Shown piece by piece: positions 9,976 through 18,761 of a stretch of DNA of 64,000 nt (its first letter is position 1; every line of letters begins with the position of its first letter). Both the position numbers and the translations under genes were made by a program. The notes below the pieces were generated by a model. It was not told the DNA's origin, searched no databases, and saw nothing but the letters and a program-made list of their open reading frames with translations. Origin of the DNA: a virus (taxonomy: Duplodnaviria; Caudoviricetes); the IMG/VR virus record IMGVR_UViG_3300037067_027684, positions 64,001 to 128,000 of that record. One strand, given 5' to 3'.

Positions 9976-10769
9976 AGTGGAAACCTAGTCATCTTAATTC
10001 TAAGATGACAATCATAATTGTTGCTCATGATTTGGTGAGGTTGTGCTATACTGCTATTGAATCGTGGTTGTCGGCTTTGCCGTTGGGTTGTGAATTTTTA
10101 GTTGGTGATTTTGATAGTACTGATAGTACACATGCTGTATACACGACTTTGTCTAAGTATGCTCCTATGCGGATTATTCATCGTAAGTGGCGTCCTGAGA
10201 CTGGTGGGACTGCGATTGGGATTGCTACTCAGGAGTTATTGTCGTTGTGTAAGACTCCATATGTGTTGAATTTACAGGCGTGTGAGATACTTTGTGATGA
10301 TGCTATTAATATTTGTTTGAATGAGCCGCATCCTTGGACTAAGGATGGTATTGGTCCTAGTGCTTTTTGGTTTAAGCATTTCTGGGGGAATTTTAGGTTT
10401 GATGGTTCTAAGGGTTATTCATATGGCCAGGCTCCCAGAATTTACCCCCAGAATCAGACTGGGTTGGATCATGGGGATGGTTGTTGGCCTCCTGGTGGTT
10501 ATCCTGGTTGGCCTATGAGGGGTACGGTTCACAGGTATAGTTATTGTTTTGACAATCAGGTTGCCGCGAAATCTATTAACCATTACCAGTTGTACCTTGG
10601 GCATGCTCAGACTCCTGATCAACGTTTGGCTTCGATTAATTTTTGTAAGTCTAATCCGAATTATGATGGTCCTCATCCGGCGTGTGTTCAGCATTTGGTT
10701 GGTCAGGTTAATTATGATATTATTAGGAGTTGGGCGATTATTCAGCCTACCTTAGAAACTTTGGGTTAG
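9963..10769 (+). CDS. GT2-like glycosyltransferase
   Basis: TIIIVAHD, FLVGDFDSTDST and LNLQACE (degenerate DxD). Confidence 0.55.
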   Translation: MQKIKWKPSHLNSKMTIIIVAHDLVRLCYTAIESWLSALPLGCEFLVGDFDSTDSTHAVYTTLSKYAPMRIIHRKWRPETGGTAIGIATQELLSLCKTPYVLNLQACEILCDDAINICLNEPHPWTKDGIGPSAFWFKHFWGNFRFDGSKGYSYGQAPRIYPQNQTGLDHGDGCWPPGGYPGWPMRGTVHRYSYCFDNQVAAKSINHYQLYLGHAQTPDQRLASINFCKSNPNYDGPHPACVQHLVGQVNYDIIRSWAIIQPTLETLG

Positions 10770-11059
10770 GCAGAAGCAGATGAGACTGGGTTTTGTTGGG
10801 AATATCTGATTTGGATCATACCTTTTTGTTGTATTGTTTCTAATTGCTTTAGATTAAAGCGGTTTTCTTCGGCAGTTATTGATCGTTTAGGTTGTATTCT
10901 CATTGGTCCAGATCTTGGGAAATATGGACTATCAGGTCGTGAATTAACATCGATTATTACTAATTGATTTCCTGTGTTGGTTATTGTGATGAGATTTTCT
11001 AATTCTAGGAACAGAATTAGTACTAGATATTGGTCTAGAGTTAATTCAATATGTCGAAT
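10766..11059 (-). pseudogene. Open frame without canonical start (probable 5'-truncated gene)
   Basis: 98 codons ..LITITNTGNQLVIIDV..QLETIQQKGMIQIRY..; bounded upstream by TGA TGA; the only ATGs are well inside the frame. Confidence 0.4.
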
Positions 11060-11222
11060 TCATCAAAACAGTACTTGAATTCTACCAAAAGAAGAAAAAT
11101 TCAAGTACTCTCGCAACTGGATTCAGTGATTTGTCTAAGGTATTAAATGGATTACCAATATGTGATGAAGCACTGGCGTTAGATGAAGTTATAAAATCAG
11201 AAGCACTAGAAGAAAAGAAAGA

Positions 11223-12239
11223 TTAAAGGTGTTTTATAATCTCCTGAATCCGATGAACAGGAGTATGCTTATCAAGAATTAATCTCCTATTCTCAGCACC
11301 TCTCTGCCTACACTGGTCATAAAAAGTCACCAAATGATTAACATTACTAGCAACCTTCTTAACATCAGCATCCGACCACTCATTGAACCACACAATGTGA
11401 TCCCAGCCAGCGAATAAAGCTTTATTCTGAACTCTATCTGGAGCAGGTTCATAGACAATTGGGAAGATACCACAAGCCATTAACTCAAAAGTCCGCATCG
11501 ACACGCCAGCAAAAGGAGAACGCATATTAACACCAATAGCATAACTACCGTATGATTTAGCCAAATTAGATGCAATATCCTCAGCATTTGCAGCATCAAA
11601 CGGTGCTTTCTCGACTGTTCTAATATCAAAAGCAAAAGGATAGGATTTGTGTAATTCGTCTCTGGGCCACCAGACATTCCCAATAAATCCTGCTCTATTC
11701 ACAGGACGATCTACTAACGGTTTGAATACATCGGCATCAGCACAAGCAGGTAGCCAATAAGCATTTACCAGATGTTCTCTAAACCATTTGACATCGACTT
11801 CATCTTGGGTGAACACGTAATCGAAATATTTAAACTGTTCATCTAACTTATTGGTGTTGTAGCATTGTGAAGTCCTACTACCATATCGGTAATAATTATG
11901 GAGTAGCCACGGAATCCCAGCTTTAGCCCAAGCATATTGTCCAAAGGGGTCTACGCTTGATTCATAACAAATAGCAATTAATTTCTTTCCATTTTTATTG
12001 GCTTGAATACTTGCTTGTTTCTGTGGCGTCCCAAAAATCTCACTTCGGTGATGTTCTGGTCCAATCATTACGATAAATTCTGCTTGAGTATTAAATAGTG
12101 CCTGGTGATTTGCTGGGTTGTGCCAAGCGGTGATGTCTCCTGCTTTGTTTAATTTTCCTAATTTTTTGAACCCCCTGATATACCCTTGGGTGTAGGTCCA
12201 GGCGTTGTGGGGAGTATTGTAAACGTAGATATCGAACAT
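11223..12239 (-). CDS. CgeB-like GT-B glycosyltransferase
   Basis: DYVFTQDE, WLPACAD..F.P, GFIG, SMRTFELMACG, HT..HR. Confidence 0.72.
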   Translation of the reverse strand: MFDIYVYNTPHNAWTYTQGYIRGFKKLGKLNKAGDITAWHNPANHQALFNTQAEFIVMIGPEHHRSEIFGTPQKQASIQANKNGKKLIAICYESSVDPFGQYAWAKAGIPWLLHNYYRYGSRTSQCYNTNKLDEQFKYFDYVFTQDEVDVKWFREHLVNAYWLPACADADVFKPLVDRPVNRAGFIGNVWWPRDELHKSYPFAFDIRTVEKAPFDAANAEDIASNLAKSYGSYAIGVNMRSPFAGVSMRTFELMACGIFPIVYEPAPDRVQNKALFAGWDHIVWFNEWSDADVKKVASNVNHLVTFYDQCRQRGAENRRLILDKHTPVHRIQEIIKHL

Positions 12240-12502
12240 TGGTTATCCTTTCAAAGTTGACCAATTATATTTACTGCCAACCACAAGTATGTAATTTACA
12301 GAGATGAAAAGATCGATAATTATAAATTTTAAGGATGGTACTCAGAAGGAACTCCAATTGTCCAAAGCTACAAAGCTTAACTGTGATGCTTCTATGTTGC
12401 ATTTGGATAAGTTGAAGGACGATACTTGGAGATTGATTTGGAGTAAAGATCTGATAGACGATTTTTCGCAGGTTGTTGGATTTGAAATCAGAAGAGAGTA
12501 AT

Positions 12503-12787
12503 ATGGCGAAAGTCGAAGAACATAAAAGCAAGGATCAAGCACAATATTGGTTTTGGTGTCCAGGATGTGAATATAGTCATGCCTTTACTGTGCCCCCATG
12601 GACTTTTAATGGGGATCTAGAGAAACCATCCTTCTCTCCATCATTACTCTGTAATGCGCATCATCCACCTTCACGGTGTCATTCGTGGGTTAAGGATGGG
12701 ATGATTCAATTTTTCGGTGATTGCCACCATAAATTGGCTGGTAAGACAGTTCCGCTTCCAGAGGCTAAGCTCTGGGCTAGAGACTAG
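12503..12787 (+). CDS. DUF6527-like protein
   Basis: FWCPGC..SH, WTFNGDLEKPSFSPSLL, RCHSWVKDG.IQFFGDC.H.LAG. Confidence 0.7.
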   Translation: MAKVEEHKSKDQAQYWFWCPGCEYSHAFTVPPWTFNGDLEKPSFSPSLLCNAHHPPSRCHSWVKDGMIQFFGDCHHKLAGKTVPLPEAKLWARD

Positions 12788-13070
12788 GAGGGTGTCATGG
12801 AGAATTTGGTGATCGAAGTACCTGCCGATATCAAAGATGATTTTCTTGCATTCCTTGATATTGCTCAATCTGAGTATACTCAAGAGGAGATTAAGAAGCT
12901 CACTAAAAATGAGCAAAAGGTTATTAAGTTTGTTGAGAAGATACTTGGTAATAGGGTTTCAGGTAGATTCCCAAGCCAAAAAGAGAAAGCAGTGGCTAAT
13001 ATTAGGTTCGCTAAGGCGGTAGGATTAGTATAGTCGCAAATATAAGTAAGGCAACCTAAGGAGTATTTGC

Positions 13071-14771
13071 ATGGATTTCTTAGAAGCACTTGATAGGGCG
13101 TTTGGTTTTAAAGTAGTCTTCGAAGAAGATCCACGTGAAACAATGTCGGTGTTGGATAGAAATGTCTGGATGACTATGGACCCAGACTTACTTAAGAAAA
13201 TAGCATATACTGGCAGTAAAAAGCAATTTTGGGCAGCATTAGCTGAATTGGGTCAAGATATCGATGATCCAGAAATTCTCGCTAAAGTCAAACAGGCTAC
13301 TGATGCTGAAAATCCTTCAGAGGATGTTGAATTTTTAAAGAATGTTCGACGTGAGGCTAAGAAATATGCTGGTGACAGGGCGATTAGTGCGCCAAGTCAT
13401 TTAGGGCCTACTGAGAAGTTGGGTATGTCAAAGGATGAGATTGATGCTTATTACGCTGCACGCCGTGCAGAACGGGAAAAGACTAAGAAGAAATATGTTG
13501 GTGACGAGATGTATGGTGTTTTTGATAAAGCTTCTGGTAAGATGTTGAGGGGTAATTTCTACAATGATAAGGACGCCAAATCTTTTATGGTTAGTGAATT
13601 ACCTCCAGGTGGTGATTATGAAGTCAAGCTCTATGAGAATCCAAAATCTCTCAGTAAATTGAAGGACCTCAAGCTGCCTCTACAACATGGTTGGAGCGCC
13701 GACGAAGTTGTCGAAGGTTTCATGCCGTGGATTCGATATCTCTCTTGGAAGTACCGCAGTGACAAAGCGGAGTTTGAAGATTTGCTTCAGCAAGGTGCAT
13801 TGGGGGTATTGGACGCCTTGAGGACTGACAAAGGCGAGGCTCCAATTGGTTCGCACGCTTGGCGGCATATTCTAGGTTCTATCAGGCGTTATGCTTTAAC
13901 TGGTGGCGTAATGCGTGGTGGCGAGAAATCTGGTGGCTTCAAGCAGTCTGGTGCTTTGGTTGGTTATGAAATTAGTTGGACTGATGCTAGTGGTCAGCAG
14001 CAGAAGGAATTCTTCCCAGCAGATATTTCTGCTTTGGCCAAGGGTTTCTCTCCTGAGACTGGGAGGACTCCTCCTTCTACTATGGACCCTGGCTATCGGA
14101 AGGCCGAGGCTTTCAAGGGCCAGTTGATTCAGAGTGGTGTTCCTGAGGATAAGATTCAGCTTCGTGAACGTCGTGGTGCTATGGCTTCTGCTGATGCTCC
14201 GATGAGGGGTGGTGAGGGCGAAGCTTCTTTGGGTTCTACGTTGAAGGCTACTCGCGCTAAGAAGCCCGCTTATGTTGCTCAACAGAAGGATTTGGTTAAG
14301 AAGCTGATTGATCGTGCTAAGCTTAGTGATAAGCAACGTAAGGTGCTAGAGATGACGTTCGGTTTGGATGTTCCTGAGGCTGGTCTAAGTGCTCCTGGCG
14401 AGGAGGGTGCGCATCCTCCTGGTGAACAGGCTGGTGGTGCTCCTGAAGCTAGTGAACATGGTCAGATGGGCAAGGTTCACACGACTGGTGTTTTGGGTGG
14501 TTCTGAGGAGCGTGGTCCAACCGAGATTGCTAGGATTCTTGGACTGACTCCGAAGGCAGTTCGTGAGCTTCGTGATCGCGCTTTGTTGGCTATTCACAGG
14601 GCTGCCCAGGAGATGTCTGGTGAACTTCAGCAGCGTGGTTTGATTCAGAAGCCGGAAGAGTTGGCTGCTACTGAGGCTCTTCTCAAGAAGGTTAATATTA
14701 TTGAGGAGATTGCTCGTCATCATCTGGTTCTTTCGATTGTTACTGGCGAAATCAACTGCATGTTTGAGTAA
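13071..14771 (+). CDS. Sigma70-family sigma factor with N-terminal extension and insertions
   Basis: Region 2 (EDLLQQGALGVLDAL..SHAWRHILGSIRR) and region 4 (LSDKQRKVLEMTFGLD..TEIARILGLTPKAVRELRDRAL). Confidence 0.78.
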   Translation: MDFLEALDRAFGFKVVFEEDPRETMSVLDRNVWMTMDPDLLKKIAYTGSKKQFWAALAELGQDIDDPEILAKVKQATDAENPSEDVEFLKNVRREAKKYAGDRAISAPSHLGPTEKLGMSKDEIDAYYAARRAEREKTKKKYVGDEMYGVFDKASGKMLRGNFYNDKDAKSFMVSELPPGGDYEVKLYENPKSLSKLKDLKLPLQHGWSADEVVEGFMPWIRYLSWKYRSDKAEFEDLLQQGALGVLDALRTDKGEAPIGSHAWRHILGSIRRYALTGGVMRGGEKSGGFKQSGALVGYEISWTDASGQQQKEFFPADISALAKGFSPETGRTPPSTMDPGYRKAEAFKGQLIQSGVPEDKIQLRERRGAMASADAPMRGGEGEASLGSTLKATRAKKPAYVAQQKDLVKKLIDRAKLSDKQRKVLEMTFGLDVPEAGLSAPGEEGAHPPGEQAGGAPEASEHGQMGKVHTTGVLGGSEERGPTEIARILGLTPKAVRELRDRALLAIHRAAQEMSGELQQRGLIQKPEELAATEALLKKVNIIEEIARHHLVLSIVTGEINCMFE

Positions 14772-14789
14772 AATGTTGTACGGTAGGGC

Positions 14790-14837
14790 ACAAGAGCCGC
14801 TCGCGTCCTCCGCACGTTGGCGGCTCTTGTTGTATTT
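14790..14837 (+). terminator. Probable intrinsic terminator after the sigma gene
   Basis: 11-bp IR ACAAGAGCCGC/GCGGCTCTTGT followed by T-rich TGTATTT. Confidence 0.5.
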
Positions 14838-14869
14838 GAACGTTGTGAGTTTACTTCAAGGAGATTCAA

Positions 14870-15115
14870 ATGAGGAAGTCTGAAATAATCAAGAAGAAAA
14901 AGGTTGATTTTAAGAAGGAGTTGGAATCTCTCATTAACCGACATAGTATGGAGAATTTTTCTAATACTCCTGATTTTATTCTATCTGAATATCTAATGAA
15001 TTGTTTGAACGCAGTTGAGAAGATAATTGACGCCAGAGAAAAGTGGTATTGTAGGAATCCTGGGCTAGCAGTTGAGAAGATAGTAGGCAAATATGTTGAT
15101 CCGTCTTCTAAGTAA
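14870..15115 (+). CDS. Conserved-looking small phage protein
   Basis: LINRHSMEN.SNTPDFILSEYL..CL; AAGGAGATTCAAATG leader. Confidence 0.65.
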   Translation: MRKSEIIKKKKVDFKKELESLINRHSMENFSNTPDFILSEYLMNCLNAVEKIIDAREKWYCRNPGLAVEKIVGKYVDPSSK

Positions 15116-15123
15116 GGTGAAAA

Positions 15124-15329
15124 ATGAGTGACGAAGATACCATCAGGGCGGCTGTGAATGTCGTTGTGAAGTCGATTCTTGATATTCTACAAGAGGACCC
15201 CATAATTGGAGTGATAGACCATGTGATAGTTGTCGTGCTATTTCGACAATTATAGGTAGACCATTTGGTTGTTACGAATTTGCTCGACGCAGGGCAAACA
15301 AGGAACCTGGATTTGGATATCGAAAATGA
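15124..15329 (+). pseudogene. Small Cys-containing gene with a -1 frameshift at the C4 run (15198-15201)
   Basis: Frame 0 MSDEDTIRAAV..QEDP continues in the -1 frame as HNWSDRPCDSC..GRPFGC..YRK*, whose stop forms an ATGA overlap with the next gene. Confidence 0.55.
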
Positions 15330-16147
15330 AACATCGAGAAAGACGAGATGATTATCCCCCAAGCATTCAATATGAGCCTGGTAGTGTCTATGAAGGACCC
15401 GAGGGTGATGAATATCCCAATGATGATCCTGATGATTTTGAATTAGATCAAGAGCCACGTTTTGCTAAGCAAAATGTCCCATGGATTCGTGCTGGATGTG
15501 CTGGCTATGATGGTCACCCTAGTTCTTTCGCTGGATATAAGCCACATAAATGGGGATATAAATATTTAAATATCGGACCTTGTCGTGAGAGATTACGTAC
15601 TGACAAGCAAATGGTTGAGGACCATAAGAATCATGGTTTTTCATTTGGTTTAGAGGAACGTGCTTATGCGATGCTTTGGGATTATGAGAATAATGGTCAA
15701 TCAAGCCCAATACTATCATATTGGCTAAATTATCCAGAGATTCAGGCATTGATCAAGGATGGCGATGATGCTAAGTTGGCCGAGATGGTTGCTCAATGTT
15801 TCGCCCAATGGTTGGGTACAAACTGTGGTGGTAGTTTTCTACATTCCGCTGAGGCTTTGATTAAGAAAGAAAAGGAACGTATTAAAATATTGGTAGATCC
15901 TATTAAAGCCAAAGAGGAGAAGGATAAGGAGGAGAAATTTCAGAAAACTATTGATGAACAGAGGTTAGAACGCGCAAATGCGTTTCAAAAGCTACAAAAT
16001 GAGAAATTAAAGCTTGAAGAACGAGTTAAAGTGTTAGAACAAAGTCTTGAGAAGGAAGTTGAGAATGAGCTTGAACGTCGTAGGAGACGACATATTGATG
16101 AGATGAGTAAAATGGTTGAGGAAGGTGTTCGTTCTCTAGATATCTAA
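15326..16147 (+). CDS. Hypothetical coiled-coil protein ending GVRSLDI
   Basis: ATGA-coupled start; QWLGTNCG motif; E/K-rich tail. Confidence 0.6.
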   Translation: MKHRERRDDYPPSIQYEPGSVYEGPEGDEYPNDDPDDFELDQEPRFAKQNVPWIRAGCAGYDGHPSSFAGYKPHKWGYKYLNIGPCRERLRTDKQMVEDHKNHGFSFGLEERAYAMLWDYENNGQSSPILSYWLNYPEIQALIKDGDDAKLAEMVAQCFAQWLGTNCGGSFLHSAEALIKKEKERIKILVDPIKAKEEKDKEEKFQKTIDEQRLERANAFQKLQNEKLKLEERVKVLEQSLEKEVENELERRRRRHIDEMSKMVEEGVRSLDI

Positions 16148-16197
16148 TTGATTTCTGAACATGAAGAGATATCAATGAGTATTAGAAAGGATGGAAT

Positions 16198-17112
16198 ATG
16201 AAACATTTTTATCAGGCATGTGATTTTACTCCGAAATCGCTTGGGATTATCGCTCAAGCCAATGAGATTATTGAAGAGTATTCTGCTCAGGGTTTTAGTC
16301 TAACTCTGCGGCAGATTTATTATCAATTTGTGGCTCGTGGTTTTATTCCAAATAATAATAGGGAATACCATAATTTGGGATGTATTATCGATAAAGCTAG
16401 GTTAGCTGGTTTGATTGATTGGGACATGATTGAAGATCGCACTAGAAGTGTGCGTGGTAATGCTCATTGGGATAGTCCATCTGGAATTGTTGATAGTTGC
16501 GCTTATCAATATCGTCGGTGGTTGTGGTCAGACCAGGATTTCTATGTTGAAGTATGGATTGAGAAGGATGCTCTTGTTGGTGTTATTGATGGGGTCTGTA
16601 GAGACTGGGATATTAATTTCTTCTCTTGTCGTGGTTATACTAGCCAGAGTGCTATGTATCGAGCCGCTCAAAGGATTTTGTTACATGATAGACCCTGTGT
16701 GATTCTTCATTTAGGTGACCATGATCCTAGTGGTTTGGATATGACTAGGGACATTGGTGATAGGTTGCAATTGTTGACTGAGGGAGCTGATATTGAGGTT
16801 AAGCGTATTGCTTTGAATATGGATCAGGTTGATGAGTATGAGCCTCCGCCGAATCCCACTAAGTTTACTGATAGTAGGCGTCGTGAATATGTTGCTAGAT
16901 GGGGTAGTTCGTCTTGGGAGTTGGATGCTCTTGATCCTTCGGTTTTGGTTAGGTTGATTAATGACGAGTTGATGCAAGTAGTCAATTTGCAGAAATTTGA
17001 TCGCCAGAAGAAGAAACAGGAGGTTGAGCGCAAAATTCTGGAGAAGGTAGCTAAAGATTTGAAGAAGGACGAGAGGAATGAAAAGGATAGACTGCGTAAG
17101 AAAGTGCGATAA
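16198..17112 (+). CDS. Topo VI-A/JetD-like TOPRIM protein
   Basis: TLRQIYYQ (winged helix), VEVWIEKDAL, HLGDHDPSG, WELDAL. Confidence 0.75.
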   Translation: MKHFYQACDFTPKSLGIIAQANEIIEEYSAQGFSLTLRQIYYQFVARGFIPNNNREYHNLGCIIDKARLAGLIDWDMIEDRTRSVRGNAHWDSPSGIVDSCAYQYRRWLWSDQDFYVEVWIEKDALVGVIDGVCRDWDINFFSCRGYTSQSAMYRAAQRILLHDRPCVILHLGDHDPSGLDMTRDIGDRLQLLTEGADIEVKRIALNMDQVDEYEPPPNPTKFTDSRRREYVARWGSSSWELDALDPSVLVRLINDELMQVVNLQKFDRQKKKQEVERKILEKVAKDLKKDERNEKDRLRKKVR

Positions 17113-17598
17113 TGTGGCTCTTCAAAAGAAGGATTGTGTTGGTTGTAATCAGGTTCGACGTGTTGGTGATAAGGTGATTTTTGAGTCTAGCTATTTGGGT
17201 AGAGTCTTGGCTACCGTGGATGCCAAGGGTGGCTTATATGTAATTGGTGCTGAATTGGGTGACACAGATGAATAGGATGCTTCGATTGATCCTTGGGAGG
17301 CATGACATGGATGAGGATACTTTTCTATATAAGGCTCAGATTTTGAAGGAAGATCCTCGGATTTTGTGTTCTTCTCATTATGAATGGTTGGAGCATCCGA
17401 TATGTCAAGAGATTATAGCTGAGGGTAGGCGTGTTATTCCTTTTATTATGGAGGATTTCAAAAGAGATGGTGAGTTTCCTTGGGATGTTGTTCTTCAAAA
17501 TATTGTTGGTTTTTGTCCTTCGTCTGAGGAGCATCGTGGCTGCGTTGAGGCGATTAGGCAAGATTGGCTTAAGTGGGGTAGGGAGAAAGGTTATCTTA

Positions 17599-17883
17599 AT
17601 GATTAAGCATGGTGTTGTTCATCGTGGGGCTGTTCATCGTGGTGCTGTTCGTCGTGGTGATGTTGGCAATTATTGTAGGCAGTGTGGTGGTAGTGGGATT
17701 TTTAATAGTCGTGTTTGTCGGTTGTGCAAGGGTGATGGTAAGGTGCGTTGGACTGATTGTCTTAGGTGTGACAGGAAGATGGTCATGACGAATATATTTG
17801 ATAAGGTTTGCACTAACTGTAAGTGTAAGAAGGAAGATGTTTCTAGGCGTGCTGAGCATGAATATAGGGTGATTTTTGGATGA
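17599..17883 (+). CDS. DnaJ-type zinc-finger small protein with N-terminal HRGAV repeats
   Basis: CRQCGGSG and CRLCKGDG; 15-bp tandem units. Confidence 0.55.
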   Translation: MIKHGVVHRGAVHRGAVRRGDVGNYCRQCGGSGIFNSRVCRLCKGDGKVRWTDCLRCDRKMVMTNIFDKVCTNCKCKKEDVSRRAEHEYRVIFG

Positions 17884-18172
17884 ATTTAGGAAATCTTAAA
17901 ATTGTTGAGGTTTATTTGTACTATGATGGTCCTGCTTTGTTTCTTGCCGATGATTCGAAGAATTTATTTTTATCGTTTTGGGTTGGTGATTCGGTTTATC
18001 TATATATTCCTATTACTGAAGATCAAGTTAAGAATATCGACAAGTTGCTATTGAAATCTTTTATTCTTGGTAGGGAATATGTCTTTAGGGCTGTTGGTGA
18101 TGTTGTTTCTAAGATTTCTCCAGATGAACTATTAGAATCTGAACTTCCTGATGATGTGACTATTGCTACCAA

Positions 18173-18751
18173 CTAGGATACAACTACTGGACATAACGCT
18201 ACTTGCAGTCTTATAAACGTTGTTGTTGCCAATCCTTTATTTTGGAGACGTACCCTGAAAAATGAAGCAGTAGCTTGGGTGGTCCAACTTTTTCCGCCGA
18301 GGTTTGCATAGAAATTGAAGGTGTCAGTAATATCCCAAGCATATTGTGTAAAGGCCAAACCTCCTGCTATTGTGCCGAAAGCTGAAGTTACTGTTAGTGA
18401 TAGATCACTCGCTATTGCATTAATTACTCTTACAGTATCACCTGTCACCCAAATTTGGTCACCAACCTTTAGATCACGTAGGAATTTGGTTCCTAATCCA
18501 GTTAGTGTGGTCGTGCCATTTGTGGTTACTGTTCCAACGCCGGTTATGGTTCCATTTGATTGGTCAACGAACACAGTCAAGTTCTGGTCTGATATAATAT
18601 TGGTTTGGATTCCAACCACACCCAATGTGGATGTTGCGGTTCCAGCATATATGGCGTTAGTGGCTAGGTTAGCACCACCTCCAGGACCTACAGACAGTGC
18701 GTTATTATTGTCTGCTAGAACGTCTTGGAGAATTCTCTTCCAGTAGCTCAT
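18173..18751 (-). CDS. Beta-rich tail-fibre-like protein (possibly truncated)
   Basis: GTVTTNGTTTLTG.GTKF..DLKVGD.I..I.AIASD.SLTV module typical of fibre/baseplate proteins. Confidence 0.55.
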   Translation of the reverse strand: MSYWKRILQDVLADNNNALSVGPGGGANLATNAIYAGTATSTLGVVGIQTNIISDQNLTVFVDQSNGTITGVGTVTTNGTTTLTGLGTKFLRDLKVGDQIWVTGDTVRVINAIASDLSLTVTSAFGTIAGGLAFTQYAWDITDTFNFYANLGGKSWTTQATASFFRVRLQNKGLATTTFIRLQVALCPVVVS

Positions 18752-18761
18752 TTAGTTCTCC

